Assembly: GCA_951406725.2 (NCBI GenBank)
Contig: OX597817.1
Coordinates: forward strand, 78,616,001 to 78,680,000
Direction of reading: 5' to 3'
Length of the DNA stretch: 64,000 nt
DNA from: Octopus vulgaris
Taxonomy: Eukaryota
A program made the position numbers and the translations under genes. Shown piece after piece: positions 41,000 to 52,812 of the stretch (position 1 is its first letter; each line of letters starts with the position of its first letter). The notes under the pieces are model-generated. The model did no database searches. It was not told the DNA's origin and saw only the letters and a list, made by a program, of their open reading frames with translations.

Positions 41000-41275
41000 T
41001 GTAGGTATGTACATATATGTATGTATATATGCATATATTTATATGTTATTTTATTATCATATGATCGAATGCCACGCATTCTTTTCCAAGTATATGTATG
41101 TATATGTATATATACATATGTGACATTCTTCTCTCAGTTTCCATATACTAAATTCTCTCACAAAGCTTTGATCAGTCCAATGCTATACTAGAAGACATGT
41201 GCCTAAAGTGCCACTCTATGGAACTGAACTCCAAACCATGTGATTGAGAAGCAAGCTTCTTACCACACAGCCACA
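40600..41275 (-). mobile_element. SINE family A with nested insertion at its internal microsatellite
   Basis: Tail 40600-40810, head 41120-41275, insert homologous to 26205-26445. Confidence 0.8.
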
Positions 41276-42119
41276 AAATTAACCATTCAGCATTCAGATT
41301 ACTCTGTCAAATGTAATACTATTTATTTAAACTATTTAAACTAGCAAATCTACTCATCTATTATGGAGGCATAAGATGAGGGCAGGAAGTCATAACAACA
41401 GTATGTATTGAGAAATGTATAAATAGACTTGATAGATTACTGGGTAATGTCTTAGAGATATCACATTATTGTTGGTGATAAACCATTCTGTTGCAGCTAT
41501 ATGACATGTGTTTGCGACTAAGTGACATGTAATGACGATTCACTCCTGAACTAAAATAGGCTCCTAGCCTCTGTATCATGAATGGTTATGTGGACCACTT
41601 CTAATGAAAGCCAGAGCTCCCTTTGACCTCTACATAAAAAGTATTAAGAAGAAAATGTTATCTAGATATACTTTTATTTTAGTTGTTTACCCTATTTTAC
41701 ACTTGTTTATACTTTTATACATTCAAAGTTCACAAATTTCCTTATTTAGATTATGAATTGTATTGCTTTTGATGATATCAATATGATTACAAAACTTCTT
41801 TGTAGATGATATTTTCTGTTTGGTCAACACTAATTTTCAAATTACTAGAGTCTGTTGCTCTACTCTTAACGATGTATTACTGGCCATGTATAAACATCAG
41901 AATAGGTAAAAATACCCCTACATGATCTAAAATCTAGCCCTGTGCCTTGTTTGCTATGAATGTGTAAGCAGAATCTTTAATGTGGCAAAAAATCAAACTA
42001 AGACTTGGATGCTCTGGTACCATGAGTTATTTTGATTGATAAAACTCAGATATAAACAACAGCTGCTTCGATTAGTCATTTCAAATCCTGCTTGAGACTG
42101 ACACACTTCAATAACCACT

Positions 42120-42735
42120 AAATAATCATACACATTATATACTGACACAAACATTTCCCATTTAATTTCCACTATTAACCATCCTCATGACCCCCTTTGT
42201 ATCTACGATGGGGACAATGGTCTGTGAATTTTTGATGAAAATGTCAAGGTGGTTTATGAATTCAAGAATTGATATCCATGAAATAATCATACTTTCTGAT
42301 TTTCTAATGCTAAAAGCCTTCCTGATGACCATCTTTATAATCCCCCGAAATATTGTAACCATTGGTACAACTGTCTAGCTGTGAAGAGGGAACACAGAGA
42401 TGGTCAGAGAGACATAACACTCATTATAGTAAAATAGCAAATAAAGGGATAGTATTGCAAATCTAAACCCTCTAAATTCACGAACTATACCAGTGGGTGG
42501 GGGTAGAATCCAGAGTTAATCCTCATCATCAGAATTTTAACAGGAAAAATCAAAGGTGATTTTTACCTTTTTTTTTTGCTAAAAATCTACCTAATTACCT
42601 CCTTCATAATTCTGGAAAACATCATGACCATTAATCCAGTTGTTTGACCATGAAGAGGGAACAGGCGAACAGACGGACGGACGGACGGACGGACAGACGA
42701 ACAGACAGACGGACATAACGCCCATTATAGTAATA
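42120..42735 (+). mobile_element. Possible non-autonomous Helitron/Helentron-like element, partly tandem
   Basis: Duplicated end TGAAGAGGGAACA...GACATAAC...CATTATAGTAA at ~42380-42432 and ~42650-42733, the second with a (GACG)n tract. Confidence 0.45.
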
Positions 42736-43144
42736 TTGTTTTCAAGTAGTCATATATAACCTTGTAGCTTTGCAATTTCAATGATGTGGTTATTTTTAGA
42801 ATGACTTTATAGGTAGATGGAGAGACCAGATCTAGCTAGTCTTGAGACTTTTAGCGATATGGCATGCTTGAGAAAACCTGACACGAGACCAAGGCCTTTG
42901 GCAATATGCCGTGCTCAAGAAGACCCATCAAGCCAAGTGAAATTATAGTCATAGCTGATGTTTGTGTCACATAACAAGCACCCATGCTGGTGGCACATAA
43001 AAGTCATGTTTCAAACGTTGGCCACACAGAGGCAATGACAAGTGACTGAGACCTTTGGCAATATACCAAGCTTCAGAAGACTTGCCAAGCCAAGTGGAAT
43101 CATAGTTGAGGCAGGGAGTGCTAGTAGCAACCTTCATGAAGCAA

Positions 43145-43880
43145 TGTACGAAGTGACATTGGGCATGCTTCAGCAGGCTTATGACATGTAAAGAGTCATA
43201 CACAATTCTTTGAGTAACATAAGCACTTCAAGAGCAGAAGAATGTTCCTGGAAGATTTTGGGTGATCTGGAAGACATGCCACAAGTGTCACACCCAGAAA
43301 TGTGGTACAGCGTATTGAGAATTTGTCTCTCAAGACCAGACTGTCAATTGAGAATTCTACTGTGGTATTTTGAAGCATTTGAGTGGGGACATTTGGTGAA
43401 AGCAACCACATCTGTTGAGTGCGAAGAACTGGATTCTTCATGACAACAATGCACCCTGTCACTATGCTCTCCTTAATTACAAGTCTTTCACCTGAAACAA
43501 CATGGCATCACTTCTACACCCATCATATTTACCAGATTTAGTACTCGTAGACTTCCATCTGTTCCCCAAGATAAAAAATGCAGCTCAAAGATCACTGTTT
43601 TAACACTGCTGTAAAGATCATGAGTGAATCACAGAAGGTCCTTATTTCACTTATGGAAAACGACTTCCAGACTGGATTCCAAATGTGGCAGGAATGCTGG
43701 AACCTTTGTATTGCCGCACAAGATGACTATTTAAAATAATAATGAAATTATTGTAGACGGTGCTCAGGTGCACCACAACTTGTCAACTCTTAGAAAGAGA
43801 TTATGTTAAAACTTTGGTAAAAAAGTAATTTTTTATTAAACATAACTGGTCAGAGAATCTTTTTATATCATCTCATATAC
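43145..43880 (+). mobile_element. Internally deleted mariner transposase pseudogene
   Basis: LGMLQQAY, FFE*HKHFKSRRMFLEDFG*SGR joined to QTVN*EFYCGILKHL...WILHDNNAPCH...HPSYLPDL..DFHLFPKIK...WQECWNLCIAAQDDY. Confidence 0.85.
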
Positions 43881-44174
43881 GAATCATCTTAATCAACTAA
43901 ACCCTGAAAGTCCTTAGCGTAGTTAAGGTCCAATAGCAGAAACCAGCAAAGGAAAATAAGGACACCACAACTGGTGTGATGTTTAAGTCAAAGAATATTT
44001 TGTGTAAAAGATATTGAAAATTTCATTTTATACATATGTATAGATTTTGCTCCATCTTAATGCAGATATAAGTGTTCTAATAAGGACAATTTCTTTTTCT
44101 TGCTGGACAACAAAAAGCCCCAAAGAAAGCAAAACCAATTAAGTTTGTATCTAAATAAATAATTACAAAGTATA

Positions 44175-44470
44175 GTGATGATAATGGTGGTGGTGGTGGT
44201 GGCATCAGTGGCAGTGGCGATGGTAGCAGTGGCAGCAGCATTGATGGTAGTGGTAATAGTGGTGATGGTTGTAGTGGTGGTGGTGGCATCAGTGGCAGTG
44301 GTGGTAGTAGCAGTGGCAGCAGCATTGATGGTAGTGGTAATAGTGGTGATGGTTGTGGTGGTAGCAGCAGCAGCGATGGTAATATTGGTGGTGGTCGTGG
44401 TGGTGGTAGTGTTGGTGGTGATGGTGGTGGTGATGACGATTGCAATAATGAGGATGATGACTACAACAGT
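44175..44470. repeat. (GGT/GCA/GAT)n low-complexity tract with an ~84-bp internal duplication
   Basis: GGTGGCATCAGTGGCAGTGG...ATTGATGGTAGTGGTAATAGTGGTGATGGTTGT occurs twice. Confidence 0.85.
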
Positions 44471-44822
44471 GAAGATGGGGATGCTGTTAAAAAAGACATG
44501 ATGGCGTACATGGTATTACATATAAGATATTGTAATTTATTTCAGAGAAATACCATATAATGTACTAGAACCATTTTGCTGAAAAGAAGCATGGTGGAGT
44601 GTTGTACAATACTGTACAGTTTGGTGTAGAACTGTAGTTTGCAGATTTATGGATTTATTTTGTCATAGAACTCTCATATGATGTTTCAAAAACTACAGAA
44701 CTAATAACACTAATGATGATGATGATGATAATGATGATAGTCCCTTCTAGTCCAAGGAAGACAATTCTGCGATCTCTTGCTATACAGCCCATACAAATGT
44801 TTTGTTTAGAGGAACTGTAGTA

Positions 44823-45050
44823 TAACCCTTTAGTGTTTAAACCGGCCACATCCGGCCCAATATATTATACATGCTTTATATTCAAACTGGCGATATCCAG
44901 CCTCTCACACCTAACCTACAGTGACATTCTAAAAATAAACATTCACATCATTGAAACCTCAAAGCTATAAGATAATGCATGATTAATTCAAAACAATTTG
45001 AGTGAAAAAGTATTACATTTAACAGAATAATCTGAACACTAAAGGGATAA
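44823..45050. mobile_element. piggyBac-type MITE
   Basis: TAA-CCCTTTAGTGTT...AACACTAAAGGG-ATAA termini (degenerate TTAA); fragments at ~28304-28470, ~41280-41330, ~42745-42845. Confidence 0.65.
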
Positions 45051-45076
45051 GATACTTATGAAGAATCTATTCACAG

Positions 45077-45600
45077 AGGTGCAGGAGCGGCTGTGTGGTA
45101 TGTGGTAAGTAGTTTGCTTACCAACCACATGGTTCTGGGTTCAGTCCCACTGCATGTCACCTTGGGTGAGTGTCCTCTACTATAGACTTGGGCCAATCAA
45201 AGCTTTGTGAGTGGTTTTGGTATATATTAGTGTATCAGTGTTTGTCCCCTCACTATTGCTTCACAACCGATGTTGGTGTGTTTACATCCCCATCAGCAAA
45301 AGAGAAGGTTGCAATAAGTGTTAGGCTTACAAAGTATAAGTCCTTGGGCTGATTTGTTCGACTAAAGGTGGTGCTCCAGTATGGCCACATTCAAATGACT
45401 GAAAAAATAAAAGAATAAAAGAATATAAAAATATATATATACAGGTGTGGTTGGGTAGTAAGGAGCTTGCTTCCAAACCACATGGTTCCAAGTTCAGTCC
45501 CACTGCATTGCACCTTGGGCAAGTGTCTTCTGCTATAGCCTTGGGCTGACCATAGCCTTCTGAGTAGAATTGGTAGATGGAAACTGAAAGAAAATCACAT
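45077..45600 (+). mobile_element. Two tandem SINE family A copies
   Basis: Copy 45077-45425 and head 45441-45600. Confidence 0.8.
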
Positions 45601-45615
45601 CATATATACATATAC

Positions 45616-45663
<48 letters not shown>

Positions 45664-45929
45664 GATAAGGAGAATGGAGTTTTTCACATCCAAAATATAT
45701 TTAACATTTATTTACACCATCTTTATGGGACCTACACATGTTTCAACTATACCATTAAACTCATTTCTGATATACTCACAAACATGCTCGCGCACACACA
45801 CATACACACACACACACATATATATATATACACATGTGCATATATATATATATATACACACACACATATATATACACACACATATATATACATACACTCA
45901 CACATCCACACACATACATACTTACGCGC

Positions 45930-46785
45930 ATACTCGCAGGCGCGCGCACACACGTGCTTGCGCCGGTTCGCGCACGCATACGCGCCGCATGCACCTCGCT
46001 CTTGGACCCGACGAGACCTCCCGCTCGTTCCTGGGACCGTCGCTTGTCGTTGGGTTTTCCCACGCCCGTCTCCGCGGGACCACTCTTCCATCTTCCCCTC
46101 AGCTGGAGTCCTTTTTCCTTAACCCCCCCCCTTTTTTGTTACACACGCGCGCACACATATACACACATTGCTTAAATATATACATTACTCTTACACACAT
46201 TCAATCTACTCGCCATTAATACTACCACGACACTGGACACACTACTACTCAACACACGCTGGCACGCTACATACGCCCCCACCCCTTCCCCTCCCTCCCT
46301 TCCTCCTTCCTTCTTTTTCTCACTACTGACCACTGTCTGCTATGCCTACCACTGTCTCGCCCTACCTCACACGCCTACACACAGAGGCACACACTAACAC
46401 ATACATATATTTTTTGTTTTTTTATCTCGCCTCACACACGCACATACACACACGCACACACTCACACATACACACACATCTGTTGCGTTACCAACCTTGT
46501 CTCCACTCTTTTGGCTTTAAAAACCTACTTTGCTCTTGTTATCGTAAACTTCCGCCTTTCACCATGTGTAACTCGTAAACACCAGTCGTTTTTTTTCTCT
46601 ATCCCCCGTTGCCCGCTTTGGGATCTTTCTTTCCTCTCTCTTCCTTCTTTATGTTTCCGACGAAGAGCTCCGCTCGAAACGTCATACCTTCCTGCTTCCA
46701 TTTCCTGAGCGCCTATTAATAATAATACTGTAATTGTTCCATTGTTGTTGTTTTTTTGTTTTCCCGTTTGGATTAAAATTATATA
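45930..46785 (+). mobile_element. CpG-rich Penelope-like-derived insertion
   Basis: CpG-retaining C-rich block between microsatellites, with an HHR-like motif near its 3' end. Confidence 0.55.
46651..46688 (+). ncRNA. Minimal hammerhead-like motif
   Basis: GTTT-CCGACGA-A-GAGC-TCC-GCTC-GAAAC-GTC-ATAC; U4C variant, loopless palindromic stem III (ACGT). Confidence 0.5.
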
Positions 46786-47858
46786 TATACATGTATATAT
46801 ATACAAATATACACAGACACACATATACACACACATAGGTCACAAAAGTGACAGAGGGTATTGGCTAGCACCGCTTTTGCTAAAGATAAGAGTTAAACTC
46901 TATTAATTTTGCCTTTAGGTTCCAATTGCTAATAAACCACTCTTTTTAATTTGTTATGTGTGTGTTTGTGTGTGTGTGTGCGTGTGTGTGTGTGCGTGTA
47001 TCTCTGTGTCTGTGTTTGTCCCTTATCACAGCTTGACAACCTGTGTATTTATGTCCCCATAATGTAGCAGTTTAGCAAAAGAGACTGATACAATAAGTAC
47101 TAGGCTTGAAAGAATAATAAATCCTAGTTTTGCTTTGTTAAAAAAAACTCTTCAAAGTGGTGCCCCAGCATGGCCACAACAAAATGACTGAAAGAAGTTA
47201 AAGAGTAAAAGAATAAAGAATATCAAAATATATTATTTTAATATAGCAAATATTATTTTTTTTATGTGGCAGATAAGGATACACAACATAGAAATACAGA
47301 ATAGACCAAACAGAACAGGAGGTGGAAAGTCTGTGAAGAGGTCATAGGTGTGTAATAAAAGATTTCCAGACAACGGCAATAAAATAAGAACAGTAACAAA
47401 CAAGTGAAGAATGAATATATTGTGCGTGTGTTTATTTGGCAAGAAAAATATCACCATCCTGAAATATAACAATACCTGTTTCTACACTCGATTTCACATC
47501 AGAAATCTTGCAAAACAAATTTATTATTATAATTATTATTATGATTTTATTATTATATTATTATCATAATATAATTATTGTAAATTATTTTAAATTGTTA
47601 TTGGTGCAGGTGTGGCTGTGCAGTAAGAAGTTTGCTTCCCAACCACGTGGTTCTGAGATCAGTCCCACTGCATGGCACTCTAGGCAAGTGTCATCTATTA
47701 TAGCCACATGTTGACCAAAAATTGTTAGTGGATTTGGAAAATGGAAACTGAAAGAAGCCTGTCACACACACACATACATACATACACACACACTCACACA
47801 TATGCTTATTTGTCTATTTGTAATTACATCACATAACATTATATTACATCCATGTACA

Positions 47859-48092
47859 TATAGATATAAACAAACTAATATTTGTTCTTTTATAAGCATA
47901 GAAATGTGTATTGTAAATTGTTTGTCAACAAACAGCCATGGGACTTGAACCCACATTCCTTAAAGACTCTGGTCAAGTGCTTTACCACTGAGCTAAACTG
48001 CCTGCTGACAAATAAATCATATCTTATTTTTATCTTATAATACACATTTCGATGCTTATAAAAACAAATGCTAGTTTGTTTATATTTATATA
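47859..48092 (-). mobile_element. TIR-bounded element carrying a tRNA-like cloverleaf (family E)
   Basis: ~50-bp TIRs TATAAACAAACTA...AAGCAT.GAAATGTGTATT; tRNA-like segment 47931-48002 on the minus strand. Confidence 0.7.
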
Positions 48093-48495
48093 CAGGTGCA
48101 GGAGTGGCTGTGTGATAAGAAGCTTGCTTCCCACCCACATGGTTCTGGGTTCTGTCCTACTGTGTGGCACCTTGGGCAAGTGGCTTCTATTATAACCTCA
48201 GGTTGACTAAAGCTTTGTGTGTGGATATGGTATATGGAAACTGAAAGAAGTCCATCATATATATATATATATATATATGTTTTAGTGTGTCTGTGTTTGT
48301 AATGCCAACATCGTTTGACAACTGATGTTGGTGTGTTTATGTCCCCATAACTTAGTGGTTCAACAAATCAATCGATAGAATAAGTACTAGGCTTGCAAAG
48401 AATAAGTCCTAGGGTTGATTTGTTCAACTAGAAGCAGTGCTGCAGCATGGCCACAGTCAAAAGACGGAAACAAGTGAAAGAATGAAAGGATAAAA
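48093..48495 (+). mobile_element. SINE family A, complete
   Basis: Head, (TA)n, tail. Confidence 0.85.
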
Positions 48496-49000
48496 CGTAG
48501 TTGTACATTAAACTTTATAGCATCTAAAATTGCAGATTAATTTGTCAGTGGGTTTAACGGTAAAGCAACTTGGCTGGAGTCTTCAAAGGATGCAGGTTCA
48601 AGTCCCATGTTTGTTGAGAAATTTTTCCACTTCGTAAGGGTAATTTATCCAATATCTCTGCTGTTCTAACAACATTTCTGCCTTCAAAAATAAGTTATAT
48701 CGTCTTATATTACATGTACAATCATGAGTTTAATTCAATATTCATCACAACTGTCCGACGAAGGGGAATATCAAATGCTGAGTAACAGTACTTTAATATT
48801 TTTGTATCTTTAATAAAAAGTATATTATTCTACCTTTGGTATTCGAGTACTATTTTTTCCATTTTGTTTTGCACTTGTGTGTGCACATATGTGTGTGTGT
48901 GTGTGATATATAGGGAGAATTCACAAAAAAAACAAAAGATGAAGACAGGTGGTGTAGACAACAAACAGATGTAATAATATAACGCTCGAGAAGTGGAAAA

Positions 49001-49039
49001 GTCTTTACTGTTTCGAGCTTACGCTCTTCAACAGAAAGG
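49001..49039 (-). ncRNA. Minimal hammerhead-like motif in a PLE-derived repeat (~48905-49390)
   Basis: Minus strand CTTT-CTGTTGA-A-GAGC-GTAA-GCTC-GAAAC-A-GTA-AAG; A6U variant. Confidence 0.5.
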
Positions 49040-49620
49040 AACACAGAAAGAAACAAGGAGAGAAAATAAAGAATGTGTAGTGGCTAGCGATCAATCATGG
49101 CAAATGCTGGACAGAAGGGTCACACTGGTGAGCTAGGAAGAAGGGGAGATGATAAAGTAGTGGTGATCTCAAAACGAAGGTGCGTGTGTATAAGAGAGTG
49201 TGTATGTGCATGTGGAAGAGGGCTGGTGACCTTGAAATGTGTATGTGTGTATGTGTAGGTGTGATGTGGGGTTGGGAAGTGGTTAGTGCTAGTATGTGCC
49301 TGGGGGTGTGTTGTGTGGTGTGGTGTGATGGTGTTGGGAGGCAGGGGAGGCGAGAGTGGGGAAAGCAAAGGTGGGGTGTGGGTTCTGTGTGATATTCTGT
49401 CTGTGTTTGTTCTACATCACTGCTTGACAACCAGTGTTGGTGTGTTTACACCACCACTGCCTAGCAATTCAGCAAAAGAGACTGATAGAACAAAAAAGTA
49501 AGTGCTGAGGTCAAATTACTCAATTAAAATTCTGCAACATAGTGCGGCATGTCTGCAGTCTAATGACAGAAACAAATAAAAGATAATCATTAGTATTATG
49601 AAGTAGTATAGTATCATGAG

Positions 49621-49880
49621 TGGAGGCATGTGGCTTAGTGGTTAGGGTGTCAGCATCATGATCGTAAGATTGTGGGTTCAATTCCTGGACTGGGCGACGC
49701 GTTGTGTTCTTGAGCAAAACACTTCATTTCACGTTGCTCCAGTCCACTCAGCTGGCAAAAATGAGTAACACTGCGATGGACTGGCGTCCTGTCCAGCTGG
49801 GGAACACATACACCATTGAAACCAGGAAACCGGGCCCATGAGCCTGGCTAGGCTTTAAAAAGGCGCATTTATTTATTTAT
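49621..49880 (+). mobile_element. SINE family B, full length
   Basis: GGAGGCATGTGGCTTAGTGGTTAGGG...GGGTTCAATTCC head and (ATTT)n tail. Confidence 0.9.
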
Positions 49881-52128
49881 AGTATCATGATATAATGTTT
49901 GGAGCAGATCAAATGTTTTTCAATCTCCAAAAAACTCTACTTTATTCTTTAAGCTATAACTTGTTCTATTTCATCAGTTTCCATATCATTTCTGGCACTG
50001 GGATGCTTGAAATTTTTTACCAATATTTTCTTTCCACTCAAGGTCTTGGACTGTGTATGCCACAACCAATGTCGTACTTAAATGAATATTGGTAACAGTT
50101 CCATTCAAGTAGTTAATTGGGTTAGGTAAGCCTTGTGGAGTGCCTTTTTGAAACCTATCTCCTCTTCAGAATATCTATGCCACTGACGCTCACATATTTC
50201 AATTGCTTTTGACAGACTTTGTTTGTCTTATTTTTTTATGCTGCTCTTGCTAGGAGCCTATACACCATCCTCACTGGGCAAACCCAATAACGGGCCAGCG
50301 ATTCAAGTATGAGCATGGTTACCATTTTAATGAGTTTGGTCATCAGTTCATTATTGGTTGTACACAATATTACATGGCTACATGTGAAGGCAGTAATGGC
50401 CTCACTAATATTTATATATGTTTCATATTTATTACCCAGGACGTCTGCATTTACATACGTCCAGCAATTATTTGAATATGACATCATATATGAAACTGAT
50501 TGTGATATTTTAGCTATGTGTATGAAAATCATTAATAGTAATTAAAGACAGAATAAGTAGTAAGTGTCACCAAACAGACTGACAAAGTTTTGTGCAGCAC
50601 CTAAAGTTCTTTTGTCTGGCAGTTCAATATCCTTGTTTTTTATAACATTTAGTCAAGCTTCTAGAACCTTTGACAGAAATATTTAGTAGGAAAATTTTCA
50701 AAACTTACTTTCAAGTCTATCATTTATTTGGTCTCACACCAACTGATTTGATTAGTCAAATCATGTTCATATATTCATTAATACTTTAGTTAATTCCACA
50801 TAGCTGGTTTCGTCTTTTATGGCAATATAGTTAGATGGCAATCCTAAACTAGGATTTAAGAGTTATGGCTCGAACTCAGCAGAAGCCTCACTACATCAGT
50901 AATTATCTTCCATCAGCCTGTGGTGAAATTGGTTCTGCTCTGATAAATAAAATTACAGTCCCAATAAGTTGTATATAAAACGGTTGATGTGGTATTTTGT
51001 ATAAAATTTGCTATACTTCTGTCAGGCTCTATGAGAAGATATAAATATTGGTTGACTGTTGTCATTTTGTTTGTGGTGTTTAAGCATTTCTGGTTATCCC
51101 TGAAGAAAAATGTATTGCGATATCTCACTATCTTACATTTGTCTTTCAAATGGGTGAAAATCCTTCATGCTATCACAACCAACTATATCAACATCTAAAT
51201 AAATAAACAGATGAATAAATAATTTGTATTCCACGTGATTCTCTCAACATAAAATATATATCCTGTTGCTTATTTTCACCATGGAACAGTTCTGAAAGGG
51301 TTAACAAACAAAACACTCCTCTGTTCGAAACTGTTTTCGTCTGTTATTTCTTCTTTAACCATAACATTCAAAAGGTTTAAAACATGTCCTTCGGGTTATA
51401 ATTTGCTTAGATTTCCATCTCCCAAATGTACTTAACTTTGCCAGAGGCAAACCAGTTTTTGGTGGAAGAAGAAGGAAAAGAAGGAGAAGAAGGTGGTAGT
51501 GAAGAGATTGTTATTGTTGTTATTGCTGCTGCTGCTGCTGTTGATAGGAATAGTGATGATGATGCTGATGATGATATTACAAGTAACAATAAACAAATTT
51601 AAAGAAAAAGGAGAGACCACCAAATTTGCCACCACCACTACCATTATTATTTCTACTATCACCACTACCAACATCACCATCAGGAAATCAATTTAAAGGA
51701 GGAAAAAATGGAAAACAACAAGCAGACCAACAATAACAACAACAATGCTAAAAGCAACTAATATGTAAAAAAAAAGATATCAAAAGTCATTTAATTAATC
51801 TTTCGTCCAACCAATTTATTTATCAGTTATAGATATATTGTTGTTGTTGTTGTTGAGTTTTGATTTGTTGTTGTCGTTATTGTTGTTGTTGTTGTTATTG
51901 TGGTTGTTACTGTTATTGATCAAAGTTGTTGTTGATGGTGGTTGTAAACAGTTTTATGTAATATTTAGAGAGAGATCAAATATCGAGGTGTGACTGTCTT
52001 TCGGTAGTGTTACAGAGTAACGTAACAGTGGCTGTTTAACCCTAGGTCAGTCCTGATTGAACAGACTTTTGAAACCAACAAATTTAAGGAGAAACAATTA
52101 CACACACACACAAATATACACGCATACA

Positions 52129-52174
<46 letters not shown>

Positions 52175-52290
52175 TTGTGTACAGAAATTCGGGGTGAGTA
52201 CTTGATAATTGTAAGCACCTGTATATACCGTTTGGTGGTGTAGGTGGTGTAGTAAATTAATCAAAATAAAAACATGATGCCAAGGATTCA

Positions 52291-52368
52291 GCGGTACATA
52301 TGTTCCGGGCCTTTATTAGACGGATTTATAACAATGCATAATGTGTGTCTGTGGCCTTCTTCAGCCGC
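52291..52368 (-). ncRNA. Type I hammerhead-like motif with large loop II and A13G change
   Basis: Minus strand GCGG-CTGAAGA-AGGCC-[~40 nt]-GGCCC-GGAAC-ATAT-GTA-CCGC; stem I GCGG/CCGC, palindromic stem III ACATATGT. Confidence 0.55.
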
Positions 52369-52812
52369 GCACAACTACTTCCACAAGGACATGTATTACA
52401 TCAAAAATTCTTGGTTGGGGATGCAAATCCTCTCATTCGCGTACGACATAATGCGGCAACAGCATAAAAATGAAGCGTCCATCTCGTTCTTCTCTCAATG
52501 TAGAATGAGGAAGTTTGGATGTTGAAGTAATATAAATAAATTAATAAATAAATATATACATATATAAATATATAAATACAGACAGACGTGAAGGAACCTG
52601 GTAATAAGAGTAAATAGAGATAAAGATGGGGGGGGGGGGGCGAGAATTCAGGACGAAGGATAAAAAATATATAAAAAGTGTAAGTATAGAAAAATATAAA
52701 AATGTACAGTATAAAGATATAAAGAGATGTAAAAAATATAAAACAATATAAATGAATATAGAGGTATAAAGTTATAAAAATAATAAAAAATGTAAAAGAA
52801 TATAAGGATAAG

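Noticed and set aside
45725-45750. GAAACATGTGTA half-motifs on the minus strand (also ~22408-22422) and GAAACTCTGAGTAACAG at 25239
   Set aside because: Only the 3' half of an HHR is present; at most truncated relics
49621-49700. tRNA-like heads as functional tRNA genes
   Set aside because: They run directly into SINE bodies and tails and occur as many diverged copies
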